Shown here: positions 17,834-26,278 of the stretch, one piece after another
Layout of the letters: the number at the start of each line of letters is the position of its first letter
Position numbering within the stretch: position 1 is the stretch's first letter
DNA from: Methanomicrobiales archaeon
GTDB lineage: Archaea > Halobacteriota > Methanomicrobia > Methanomicrobiales > Methanomicrobiaceae
Assembly: GCA_013415665.1 (NCBI GenBank)
Contig: JAAEEQ010000001.1
Location: 1 to 53,767, forward strand
Direction of reading: 5' to 3'
DNA: 53,767 nucleotides
Translations under genes and position numbers: made by a program
Notes under the pieces: model-generated
What the model was told of the DNA's origin: nothing
The model's database searches: none
The model's input: only the letters and a program-made list of their open reading frames with translations

Positions 17834-18244
17834 ATGGGCTTTGCCGAAGATGCACTCTATTCGTATATAGAACGCGCCCTGCGGCGTGCCTTTCCTCCGC
17901 GGGAAGGCTGGGAGATCCGGCGGCGCCCTTCCAGGAATGACCGTGTGCCCGATTATTTCATCCAGAAAAAGCGGTTCGGGCGTACCCACCGGATTCTTGT
18001 CGAAGTAGCACTGGCCACCAGAGTGGGGGCCGAACAGATCGACCACCTCAACCGGTATGCCGAAAAAATGGAAAAACTGCTGCTTCCCTGCGAAAAAAAG
18101 GCGCTCATCGTTCCTTCCGACGCCGACATCAGCGAGGTGCCCAACGAAATCGATGTCCTCTTCCTGGACGTGCTCAGGGTTGAAGGCGACGAGATCGTCT
18201 GGGTCAAAAAATTTGCCTATCCGCCTCCTCCGGAAGAGGAATGA
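17834..18244 (+). CDS. hypothetical protein, paralogue 1 of a tandem pair; possible PD-(D/E)xK (Hjc/Mrr-like) fold
   Basis: 136 aa. Shares MGF..D...YIER.L...(F/Y)P..EGW.I.R.P......DY.....RFG...R.LVEV ... (V/I)P..AD.S.VP....FL.VL.VE..I.W.(K/R)K with the gene at 18399. Confidence 0.6.
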   Translation: MGFAEDALYSYIERALRRAFPPREGWEIRRRPSRNDRVPDYFIQKKRFGRTHRILVEVALATRVGAEQIDHLNRYAEKMEKLLLPCEKKALIVPSDADISEVPNEIDVLFLDVLRVEGDEIVWVKKFAYPPPPEEE

Positions 18245-18398
18245 AAGACATTCCTTCGATTTTTACGTATTTCGTGATGTTTAAGGTCCTCTTTAACCAG
18301 CATGCCCGTGAGCCGGTTCGGATGGCGTTCGTTTCGCGGGCGTAAGTAATAAAACTTAAATTCAAAAAAAATGCATGTATCTTTCAGGTGAATGAATA

Positions 18399-18794
18399 AT
18401 GGGTTTTGTTAACGATTCCATGCACACGTATATCGAGCGTGACCTGAAGAAAAAATATCCCGCCTCCGAGGGGTGGAAGATTGAGCGGGATCCTGCATGG
18501 GATGGCGTAAAATTCGACTATCAGGTGTCGAAGCGGCGTTTTGGTGTTCATGCCCGGTATCTTGTGGAGGTCGTTATTGAGAAAACCATCACCGCATCGA
18601 TGGTCGGTACAATCAAAGGGAAAATCGAGGCAGTGAACGCGCAGGGCGTTTCATCGGACGGGGTCGTTCTCATTATTCCAACCGGAGCAGATGTATCCGC
18701 TGTTCCCGACGGAATGGAGACCATGTTCTTAAAAGTGCTCAAAGTAGAGGACAACGACATCCTCTGGTGGCGCAAGGCACACGCTGCCGAGTGA
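18399..18794 (+). CDS. hypothetical protein, paralogue 2 of the tandem pair
   Basis: 131 aa, colinear with 17834..18244 over its whole length. Looks more AT-rich by eye than the flanking genes. Confidence 0.6.
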   Translation: MGFVNDSMHTYIERDLKKKYPASEGWKIERDPAWDGVKFDYQVSKRRFGVHARYLVEVVIEKTITASMVGTIKGKIEAVNAQGVSSDGVVLIIPTGADVSAVPDGMETMFLKVLKVEDNDILWWRKAHAAE

Positions 18795-18809
18795 AGCTCC
18801 AGAAAACCC

Positions 18810-18831
18810 TTTTTCCTTCCCGGGGAAGGAA
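18810..18831 (+). terminator. T5 run plus 8-bp hairpin after paralogue 2
   Basis: TTTTT, then the hairpin TTCCTTCC CGG GGAAGGAA overlapping the end of the T run, beginning 16 nt after the stop. Confidence 0.4.
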
Positions 18832-18919
18832 TATTCATATTTATCTTCGTTGAATGCCGGGCAGGGCTGATGCCATCCGGTATCCTCATTCACAGGCAAC
18901 ATCATGAAAAGGTGCATCT

Positions 18920-19528
18920 ATGGCGGCGCCGGGGAAACATACGTTTGAACGGGAAGGCGTTCAGGGGCTCTGCGAGGCGGCAGGGTACGAGGACGAACGC
19001 GTAAGAAAACTTGCGGAGATCCTCATCGCGGGGTCCGATGGGGCGTATATTGTCGAAAACCTGATTCGGGCGCTCCGCTCCGGCGGAAAAGAAGAACGGA
19101 ACCGTGTCACCAGGTGCCTCGTCAGGATTGGAACGCCTGCGGTGTCCTCACTGGTGGCACTCCTGTCGGACGAGAACTGGGTTCTGCGGTACCGTGCGGC
19201 AGAGGCGCTCGGGGGCATCGGCGATGCCGCGGGTGTTCCGGCACTGGTTACCGCCCTTTCCGATCCCAAAGACCATGTGCGGTACATGGCGGCGAAGGGG
19301 CTGGTAGGTTTTGCGGACGCACGGGCTGAACACCAGCTCATCCGGCTTTTGGGTGATGAAAATCCGTATGTCCGGAGCATGGCGGGCAGGGCGCTTTCCG
19401 CGCTTGGAAGTGCGGAAGCCTGCGAGGCGATTTCACGGGCGAAATCGCAGGAAAAGGATGCTGACGTTGTTTCAGCGCTCGGGGCGTCCCTTCAGGCATG
19501 CGAGAGCCGCCTTAAGAAAGAACCCTGA
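18920..19528 (+). CDS. HEAT-repeat (PBS-lyase type) protein
   Basis: 202 aa with repeated LLxDxxxxVRxxAAxALGxIGxxxAVPAL units. Confidence 0.8.
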   Translation: MAAPGKHTFEREGVQGLCEAAGYEDERVRKLAEILIAGSDGAYIVENLIRALRSGGKEERNRVTRCLVRIGTPAVSSLVALLSDENWVLRYRAAEALGGIGDAAGVPALVTALSDPKDHVRYMAAKGLVGFADARAEHQLIRLLGDENPYVRSMAGRALSALGSAEACEAISRAKSQEKDADVVSALGASLQACESRLKKEP

Positions 19529-20222
19529 TGACAATAACCGTGATATTATCGCTCGCCCCTTCCCTGAGGCATTCGTCTATCAACGCGGCCACGGCTGATT
19601 CCGGGGAATACGCCGATACAATCGTCCTGATGCGACCGGGGCGAAGGGTGTCATGGAGCCCGTCGCTGGAAAGGACGACGGTTCCGCCCGCCCTCGCGTG
19701 CCGGTAGAGATCGGGGGTGATGCGGGGCGCCAGCCCGAGTGCCTGGACCAGGATGTTCCTTTGCGGGTGCATCCACGCCTCTTCGGGAAGGATCTGTCCG
19801 TTTTTTACCATCTGGTTCACAAGGGAGTGGTCATCCGTCTGCCATGTCCGGTTTTCGGAAAAAATCGTGGCCCTGCTGTCTCCGATGTTCCCGAAGACGC
19901 ATGCACCGTCCTCATCGACGAGCAGGGTGACCAGTGTTGTCCCGGCATTCAGGCGGTTCTCCTGATTGAAGGCATAAATCGCATCATTTGCGGCGGCAAA
20001 CGCCCGCGACGTGATGGCTTCCGCCGCCTCATCGATCCTGCTGCCCGCGACCGTTTCCCGGAACTGTTCAATTGCGTAGCCGCTTGCTCTATCGCCCGCT
20101 GCATGCCCGCCCATGCCATCCGCTACGGCGAATGCGGTAAAACGCCCGATTCTCCCGGCAAAATAGGCATCCTCGTTGCGTTTTCTTCGTCCCGGCACAC
20201 TGGCCGCATGAAAGGCAAGCAT
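19512..20222 (-). CDS. PP2C-family Ser/Thr protein phosphatase
   Basis: 236 aa with RKRNEDAY, AVADGMGGHAAG and SSDGLHD motifs. Confidence 0.85.
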   Translation of the reverse strand: MLAFHAASVPGRRKRNEDAYFAGRIGRFTAFAVADGMGGHAAGDRASGYAIEQFRETVAGSRIDEAAEAITSRAFAAANDAIYAFNQENRLNAGTTLVTLLVDEDGACVFGNIGDSRATIFSENRTWQTDDHSLVNQMVKNGQILPEEAWMHPQRNILVQALGLAPRITPDLYRHARAGGTVVLSSDGLHDTLRPGRIRTIVSAYSPESAVAALIDECLREGASDNITVIVIRVLS

Positions 20223-20255
20223 GGGAATCGCTCGTTCTCCGTGAATCCTTTGGCA

Positions 20256-21188
20256 TCATGGTGGAATAAACCCTCGGTGCAGGCCTTTTAAAACGGCATA
20301 GGAAACAATCCCGGCATATTCCTGCCGTGACAGCGGTCGGTGGAGTGCCGCATCGTAGCCGGGATCGAGGATCCTCCCGGCCGGCCGGTACTGGTCCATG
20401 ATGTTGACATAGCTGTCGACGGAGAGGTCCCTTGCAATAAAATCGATGACCTCCCTGCTCCGTGCCGCATCTCCCGGCAGCACCAGATGGCGGATCAGCA
20501 CGCCGCGCCGTGCAATGCCGTCTTTTCCGATCGACAGGTCGCCGACCTGCCGGTGCATCTCCCGAAGGGATGACTGCATGGCGGCAACGTAGCCGGGCGC
20601 ACCGGAAAGGGCCTGTGCCGGCTGATCCGCTCCGTATTTTGCATCCGGCATGTAAATATCCACGATCCCCTCGAGGAGCCGGATAACCTCCGGCCGGTCA
20701 TACCCGCCGGTATTGTACACCAGCGGTATGGCGAGGCCTTTCTGTGCGGCAAGGGTGGTTGCCTCGATGATCTGGGGGAGATAATGGGTGGGCGTGACCA
20801 GGTTGATGTTGTGGCATCCCTGCCGCTGGAGGTGCAGCATGAGGTGCGCCAGTTCCCGGCAGGTACGTTCTCCGCCTTCCCCGAGCTGGCTGATGGCATA
20901 GTTCTGGCAGTATGCGCACCGCATCGTGCAATGGGTAAAAAAGATCGTTCCGGAGCCTTTTCGCCCTGAAATCGGCGGCTCCTCTCCGAAGTGGGGGCCG
21001 GCACTTGCCACGGCGGGGCGTGCGCCGCCATGGCAGTACCCCCGCTCGCCCCCGCAGCGATCAACACCGCAGGTGCGCGGGCAGAGCTCGCAGGAAGTAA
21101 GCATTGTCGAAAGCTGCGCGATACGCTCGAACAGCTCCCCCGTTGCAAGGAGGTTACAGTATCCCGGCTGTTCCGAATTGTCCGCCAT
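20256..21188 (-). CDS. radical SAM protein, PflX-like (pyruvate formate-lyase activase-related)
   Basis: 310 aa. An N-terminal extra Cys cluster (CELCPRTCGVDRCGGERGYCH) followed by the CxxxCxxC radical SAM motif (CTMRCAYCQN). Confidence 0.8.
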   Translation of the reverse strand: MADNSEQPGYCNLLATGELFERIAQLSTMLTSCELCPRTCGVDRCGGERGYCHGGARPAVASAGPHFGEEPPISGRKGSGTIFFTHCTMRCAYCQNYAISQLGEGGERTCRELAHLMLHLQRQGCHNINLVTPTHYLPQIIEATTLAAQKGLAIPLVYNTGGYDRPEVIRLLEGIVDIYMPDAKYGADQPAQALSGAPGYVAAMQSSLREMHRQVGDLSIGKDGIARRGVLIRHLVLPGDAARSREVIDFIARDLSVDSYVNIMDQYRPAGRILDPGYDAALHRPLSRQEYAGIVSYAVLKGLHRGFIPP

Positions 21189-21252
21189 ATCCTGCCCGGC
21201 TTTCAGGGTCCATTACCCTCATCATGGTGCCACGCCAAGTACGTATCAGGAA

Positions 21253-21741
21253 ATGATTCGTCTTCACCGCCTCTGGGCATTGCTGTTTTTCCTGCTGCCC
21301 GTCAATGTCTACAGCATCGGCGGAGGGCTGGGTGCAGGAGTGCAGTTCCCGCTGTTTCGCGTCCAGGAGACGGTGTTGGGAACCAGCACGATTACGATCG
21401 TGCAGGATGTGCTCTATGTCGTCAACGGCATCGTGGCCGGCCGGACAGCCGTGTCGGTCATGCTCTGGATGGGCGCACTGGTGTTCTATGCTGCGGCCAC
21501 CGTCCTGCTGTTCCGGCGATGTCCGGCCTGTCTCCTGCGCTTCACATGGTGCCGGCCCGGCAGAGTGCTGGCTGCGGGGACCCTGCTGCTGCTCGGATCG
21601 ACGATGATGCAGTACGGCCCCACGTTCGCATCCGCGGGAGGATATGCCGTGCCCGTCGGATTGCCGCTCCTCTTCTACCTCGCGTTGCTCTTTGCTTCGG
21701 AAGGGGAGCAGGACTGCAAGATTGCACATCATGCTGTGTGA
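21253..21741 (+). CDS. hypothetical polytopic membrane protein
   Basis: Internal Met MIRLHRLWALLFFLL... followed by about 5 TM helices. The track's longer N-terminus overlaps the radical SAM gene on the other strand and is rejected. Confidence 0.5.
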   Translation: MIRLHRLWALLFFLLPVNVYSIGGGLGAGVQFPLFRVQETVLGTSTITIVQDVLYVVNGIVAGRTAVSVMLWMGALVFYAAATVLLFRRCPACLLRFTWCRPGRVLAAGTLLLLGSTMMQYGPTFASAGGYAVPVGLPLLFYLALLFASEGEQDCKIAHHAV

Positions 21742-22148
21742 ATGTCTTTTCCTTCCGGCAGTTTCCTGCAGACGATGTCCATGATGCCGTGGCTCACCGA
21801 GACCATGCTTTCGGAGCACTTCACCCTGCACGGGAGGTCGATTTTTAACGCTCCTTCTGCGAAACGGATGCAGACGGAATCTTCTTTGATCTCGGCATAC
21901 GGCTCGATGTCATCCTCGTCGGGAAGCTCGACGGTCACATAGAGGTGGTCTTTGCCTTCAACCGTTTCGTAATGAATGGCGCGATCGCCGGGATCGCCCA
22001 TCATGGAAAAGTGCGGTTCGCCGCCGGCACCGGTGATGATGGTGCAGCCGATGAACCGCGTGTTTTCATCACGTGACAGGTTGCTGAGGAGATCTTCAAG
22101 CACTTTTGCGAGATCCTTGAAGGCATCGTCGTATGGATTTTTTGCCAT
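21729..22148 (-). CDS. divergent Hsp20/alpha-crystallin-domain-like protein
   Basis: Start taken at MAKNPYDD. The core HLYVTVELPDEDDI...IKEDSVCIRF....KIDLPCRV....SVSHGIMDIVCRK follows the ACD beta-sandwich pattern. Starts 1 nt after the upstream regulator's stop. Confidence 0.5.
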   Translation of the reverse strand: MAKNPYDDAFKDLAKVLEDLLSNLSRDENTRFIGCTIITGAGGEPHFSMMGDPGDRAIHYETVEGKDHLYVTVELPDEDDIEPYAEIKEDSVCIRFAEGALKIDLPCRVKCSESMVSVSHGIMDIVCRKLPEGKDIHTA

Positions 22149-22149
22149 T

Positions 22150-22767
22150 TCACTCACAACACAATCGGTAACGGCCGTTTTTTTGTTCAACAATCCCTTC
22201 CTTGACGAGGTGCATGAGGGACTGAATGAGTTCGTCATCGGCTGCTCCGGTATGCTCCTTCATCTCATTGAGACTCAGGTCGTACCCGGAAAGGGCGATG
22301 ACCAGGTTCATCTCGGTATCGGTACGAAGAATGTCCCTGCCCTGCGTTGCCAGCTCCTCGATGGTCGCCTCGATGTCATCTTCCAGATGATCGAGTCGGC
22401 TGATTAAGCTTTCCCGTACTTCCATCATCCGGCGGAGCGACACGAGTGCCCCGGCAAACCGGTGATCGCGCCCGGATATGCCGCTCGTCGCTGCTCCCTG
22501 TTGCTGCAGCCGGATGACCACATGAAAGTCGCGCTGCAGATGATAGTATTTCCGTCTCCGCTCATCGCTCCGCGATATGAGGATATTTTCCCGTTCCATC
22601 AGCTGCAGGTGCTCGATGACGGCTTTCGGGCTGATCATCAGCCGCTCGGAGATCTCCGTCACAAAACAGGGTTTCTGCCGTAATAGTTGGATGATCCGCC
22701 TTCTGTTCCGGTTTCCCAGAATATCGAGAAGATGCGAGACCTCATCGCCCTCCAGCATATTCACCAA
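22150..22767 (-). CDS. ArsR/TrmB-like winged-helix transcriptional regulator with a central coiled coil
   Basis: 205 aa. N-terminal wHTH (NRRRIIQLLRQKPCFVTEISERLMISPKAVIEHLQLME), a helical linker and a second wHTH-like C-terminus. Confidence 0.7.
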   Translation of the reverse strand: MVNMLEGDEVSHLLDILGNRNRRRIIQLLRQKPCFVTEISERLMISPKAVIEHLQLMERENILISRSDERRRKYYHLQRDFHVVIRLQQQGAATSGISGRDHRFAGALVSLRRMMEVRESLISRLDHLEDDIEATIEELATQGRDILRTDTEMNLVIALSGYDLSLNEMKEHTGAADDELIQSLMHLVKEGIVEQKNGRYRLCCE

Positions 22768-22800
22768 TGGTTAGTGATAAAAATATAAAAAAATTTCTAT

Positions 22801-24267
22801 TTATTCGAAAAGGCGGTAATTCGGAGCCTCGTCCGTTATCAGGATGTTGTGAGGGTGGCTTTCGGAATATCCTGCGGATGTAATGCGGATGAACCGCCCG
22901 TTTTTCTTGAGATCAGGGACGGTTGCCGAACCGGTATAGCCCATCGCCGATTTCAGGCCGCCGATTAACTGGTAGATCACTTCGGCGACGTTCCCGACGT
23001 AGGGCGTGGCGCCCTCCACACCTTCCGGCACAAACTTCGTTTTCCCGATATCCTTTTTCTGGAAATAGCGGTCGCTCGACTGGCCGCCGCTCATCACGCC
23101 GAGCGATCCCATGCCGCGGTACTGCTTGTAGCGCCGCCCTTTGATGGCGATGACCCGCCCGGGCGATTCGTCCGTACCGGCAAAGAGGCTGCCCATCATG
23201 ACGCTGTCCGCTCCGGCTGCTATTGCCTTGGCAATGTCCCCGGAGAACCGGATGCCTCCGTCGGCAATGACCGGCACGTCGGCGGGGGCGGCAACTTCCG
23301 CGACATTGGCGATGGCGGTGATCTGCGGCACTCCCACGCCCGCAACAATGCGGGTCGTGCAGATGGACCCGGGCCCGATGCCGACTTTGATGCCGTCGAC
23401 ATCGGAGACGAGCGCTTCGGCCGCACGGGTCGTTGCGATATTGCCGGCAATGACATCTGCCTGGGCGCTGGCCTTGATCTCCTTGACCGCTCGTACCACG
23501 TTCATATTATGCCCATGCGCACAGTCCACAACCAGCGCATCGACACCGTTTTCGTCCAGCAGCATCGCGCGCGCGAAATCGAAGGGCCCGACCGCCGCGG
23601 CGACCCGGAGATTTCCGCCCGCGTCCCGGTTCGCATGGGGATACTGGTGCCGTTCGAGGATATCCTGCATCGTGATGATGCCGATAAGCCTTCCTCCTTC
23701 GTCCGTCACCGGCAGGCGTTCGACCTTGTTGGTGTACATCACCTCGAGCGCACGCTCCATGGTGATATTCTCGCTGACGGTAATGGGCTCCCGTGTCATC
23801 ACGGTCCGGATATTGTCGCCGCCGCGCCGGGAAACAATCCCGCGCAGGTCGCGCCTGCTGACGATGCCGATGACGACATCGTCCTGCATGACGGGAACGC
23901 CGCTGATGCCGTGTGCGTTCATCAGCCGGTCGACATCGGCCACTGTTGCCTCCGGATCGACGGTCAGCACGTCGCGTTCGATGATATCTTCCGCCTGTTT
24001 GACAAGCCTGACTTCCTCGACCTCACGCTCGGGGGTCATGTTCCGGTGAATGACGCCGATTCCGCCTTCGCGGGCCAGCGCGATTGCCATGTTCGATTCG
24101 GTCACCGTGTCCATCGCCGATGACACGAGAGGAATGTTGAGGGCGATGCGTTTGGTAAAGCGTGATGCAATGTTTGCTTCGCTGGGTTCGACAAATGACT
24201 CCGCCGGCTCGAGCAGCACGTCGTCGAACGTGAGCGCCGTCGGAATGGAGAGTTTTTCATAATACAT
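22801..24267 (-). CDS. guaB: IMP dehydrogenase
   Basis: 488 aa. Catalytic loop [11 protein letters not shown], a CBS pair insert and GSLFAGT. Confidence 0.95.
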   Translation of the reverse strand: MYYEKLSIPTALTFDDVLLEPAESFVEPSEANIASRFTKRIALNIPLVSSAMDTVTESNMAIALAREGGIGVIHRNMTPEREVEEVRLVKQAEDIIERDVLTVDPEATVADVDRLMNAHGISGVPVMQDDVVIGIVSRRDLRGIVSRRGGDNIRTVMTREPITVSENITMERALEVMYTNKVERLPVTDEGGRLIGIITMQDILERHQYPHANRDAGGNLRVAAAVGPFDFARAMLLDENGVDALVVDCAHGHNMNVVRAVKEIKASAQADVIAGNIATTRAAEALVSDVDGIKVGIGPGSICTTRIVAGVGVPQITAIANVAEVAAPADVPVIADGGIRFSGDIAKAIAAGADSVMMGSLFAGTDESPGRVIAIKGRRYKQYRGMGSLGVMSGGQSSDRYFQKKDIGKTKFVPEGVEGATPYVGNVAEVIYQLIGGLKSAMGYTGSATVPDLKKNGRFIRITSAGYSESHPHNILITDEAPNYRLFE

Positions 24268-24270
24268 ACG

Positions 24271-24957
24271 TCACCTGATTAGCTGCATTGCTTCTTCCAC
24301 CAGTTCCTTCACGACAACCGCGGAGCGGTCTCCGCCGCAGACCATCCCGCGCACACCGATGATATCAGGATCGATCCGTTTTAACGCTTCCAGATCCTCG
24401 AACCGAAGGGAACCGGCAAGGGCGGTCTTCAGTCCGAGGGCGCGGTTGGCGTCGGTGAAGGCTTGCAGATCCTCTTCGGAATAATAGTCAAAAAGGCTTT
24501 TTCCATCCTTGATCCCGGTGTCGATCATGGCGATGTCGGCACCCGCCTGTGCCGCGAGCGGGGCCATCTCTTCGGGGGAGATGGTATTCAATCGTGCATA
24601 ATCCGCATAGGCAGCAATAACAACGTATTTCTCGGGGAAATCCTCCTTCACCGCCCGGACAACACCGTTGATCAGATCATGCGCCTCGGCGGCACCGGAG
24701 AACTTCAGGCCGATTTTTATGTAATCAGCACCGGCCGTCGCGGCTCCGAGCGCGGCGAGCGCCGCACCTCCCGGAAGATAAGAAAAATCGCCGATTGCCG
24801 CACTGACGGGTTTGTGCGTAATACTTTTTATCTCCCTGATTACCCACGGGTAATTTGCCCCCAGCGATCCCTCTGAGGGCTTTTTTACATCGATTATATC
24901 AGCAGCAAGAGCATTTCGAGCTTCTTCCACACTACTTGGGCTGACCAACAATTCCAT
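24271..24957 (-). CDS. mfnB: (5-formylfuran-3-yl)methyl phosphate synthase (methanofuran biosynthesis)
   Basis: 228 aa. IIDVKKPSEGSLGANYPWVI, GADYIKIGL and DIIGVRG match my recollection of the MfnB (MJ1099/DUF556) family. Confidence 0.8.
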   Translation of the reverse strand: MELLVSPSSVEEARNALAADIIDVKKPSEGSLGANYPWVIREIKSITHKPVSAAIGDFSYLPGGAALAALGAATAGADYIKIGLKFSGAAEAHDLINGVVRAVKEDFPEKYVVIAAYADYARLNTISPEEMAPLAAQAGADIAMIDTGIKDGKSLFDYYSEEDLQAFTDANRALGLKTALAGSLRFEDLEALKRIDPDIIGVRGMVCGGDRSAVVVKELVEEAMQLIR

Positions 24958-25001
24958 ACTTATTTTTGATCATTTCCCCTAATAGTGGTTGCGTTAAAAC
25001 C

Positions 25002-25676
25002 ATGAAACTCATTCTTGCCATGGATCTGCTGGGCGGGCAGGTCGTGCACGGGGTAGGGGGAAACCGCCGGCAATATCGCCCTCTTGACTGGGGATGCGCC
25101 TCTGATACCGATCCGGTCCGTTTTTTGCTGGATGTCGCGCCGAGGTATGTCTATATCGCGGATCTGGATCGCATTACCGGCGCGGGCGACAATGACGAAG
25201 CGGTCCGTGCCTGTGCCGGGCATGTCGAGGCATGTTTCGTCGATCGCGGCTGCCGATCGCCGGACGAGATGCGCTCCGACGATCGCATCACCGAGGTTAT
25301 CGGTACGGAAACCGCCGGATCGGATCTCTCCCGCTACCCGGGGGGGATCTTAAGCATCGACTGCCGTGACGGGCGCGTCGTCCCGGAAGGCGGTGATCCG
25401 GTCCGGCTGCTCCGGAACGTTGCGGAGTATCCGTTTTCAGGCTTCATTCTCCTCAATATCAGTTCGGTCGGCACCCGGACGGGCGTTGTCGCTGCAGACG
25501 TCCTGGAGGGGCTGCGAAACGCCACCACAAAACCGCTATTTTACGGCGGGGGTGTTGCGTCGCTCTCCGATCTGCAGGCCCTCAGCGATGCGGGGATCGA
25601 CGGAGCCATTGTTGCGACCGCCGTTCATACGGGAGCAATCCCGCTTGCGATGGTGCGGAGGGGATTGTTCTGCTGA
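25002..25676 (+). CDS. HisA/HisF-related TIM-barrel protein of unknown function (hisAF_rel type)
   Basis: Start at MKLILAMDLLGGQVVHG. HisA-like beta1 (AMDL..G) and a C-terminal GGGV....D...L...G..GAIVATAVH phosphate-binding block. Divergent from mfnB. Confidence 0.7.
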   Translation: MKLILAMDLLGGQVVHGVGGNRRQYRPLDWGCASDTDPVRFLLDVAPRYVYIADLDRITGAGDNDEAVRACAGHVEACFVDRGCRSPDEMRSDDRITEVIGTETAGSDLSRYPGGILSIDCRDGRVVPEGGDPVRLLRNVAEYPFSGFILLNISSVGTRTGVVAADVLEGLRNATTKPLFYGGGVASLSDLQALSDAGIDGAIVATAVHTGAIPLAMVRRGLFC

Positions 25677-26278
25677 TTACGATCGAGGGGATAGACGGCA
25701 GCGGCAAATCATCGCTCATCACCGCACTGAAGCACTCCCTTTCCGATCTTGCACCGGTGTTTACCCGCGAACCGGGGGCAACATGGATCGGCGAACCGGT
25801 GCGCCGGGCTATAGCGGAGCGCGTCGATCCCGTTGCCGAGGCATTGCTTTTCGCTGCCGATCACGCCGCGCATCTTGCATCGGTGGTCCGCCCGGCACTC
25901 GAGGAGGGGAACATCGTTATCTCCGATCGGTTTACCGATTCCCGGTTTGCCTACCAGGCGGTCACGCTTCAGGGGATTCTCCCCGACCCGAAATCATGGC
26001 TCGCCGCCGTTCACGAAGGGTGGAGCATGCGTCCGGACAGGACATTTCTGCTCATCGTACCGGTCGAAGAGGCGGTGAGGCGCATCTCGGGCGGCATGCT
26101 GGAGCACTTCGAACGTGCCGATGTGCTCGAAAAAGTGCAGGCCGAATACCTGGCGCGTGTCGACAACGATCCGGGACGGTTCGTCCTCATCGACGCCATG
26201 AAGGAAAAAGAGGAAATCGCCGGCTTTGTCGCCGGTGAAATCAGGGCGCTTGCAATGTTACAATCACGCCGTCATTGA
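25670..26278 (+). CDS. tmk: thymidylate kinase (start codon unresolved)
   Basis: The P-loop [18 protein letters not shown] and the lid region are all in one frame. The first ATG/GTG/TTG in that frame is at 25757, downstream of the P-loop. The 5' limit given here is the first of two in-frame CTG codons, which overlap the upstream stop. Confidence 0.75.
   Translation: MLITIEGIDGSGKSSLITALKHSLSDLAPVFTREPGATWIGEPVRRAIAERVDPVAEALLFAADHAAHLASVVRPALEEGNIVISDRFTDSRFAYQAVTLQGILPDPKSWLAAVHEGWSMRPDRTFLLIVPVEEAVRRISGGMLEHFERADVLEKVQAEYLARVDNDPGRFVLIDAMKEKEEIAGFVAGEIRALAMLQSRRH

Noticed and set aside
20926-21252. Long N-terminal extension of the membrane-protein ORF (track 20926..21741), and similar leaders on valS (28833..28946), the DHH gene (8844..9017), tal, the gmhA-like gene and the asnB-like gene
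   Set aside because: The extensions overlap neighbouring genes or are basic low-complexity sequence. In each case an internal Met gives the family-typical N-terminus.
25670-25760. Apparent frameshift between the tmk P-loop and the TREPG region
   Set aside because: Re-derivation from the overlapping track translations shows both blocks are in one frame. Only the missing canonical start codon remains, and that is reported as a finding.
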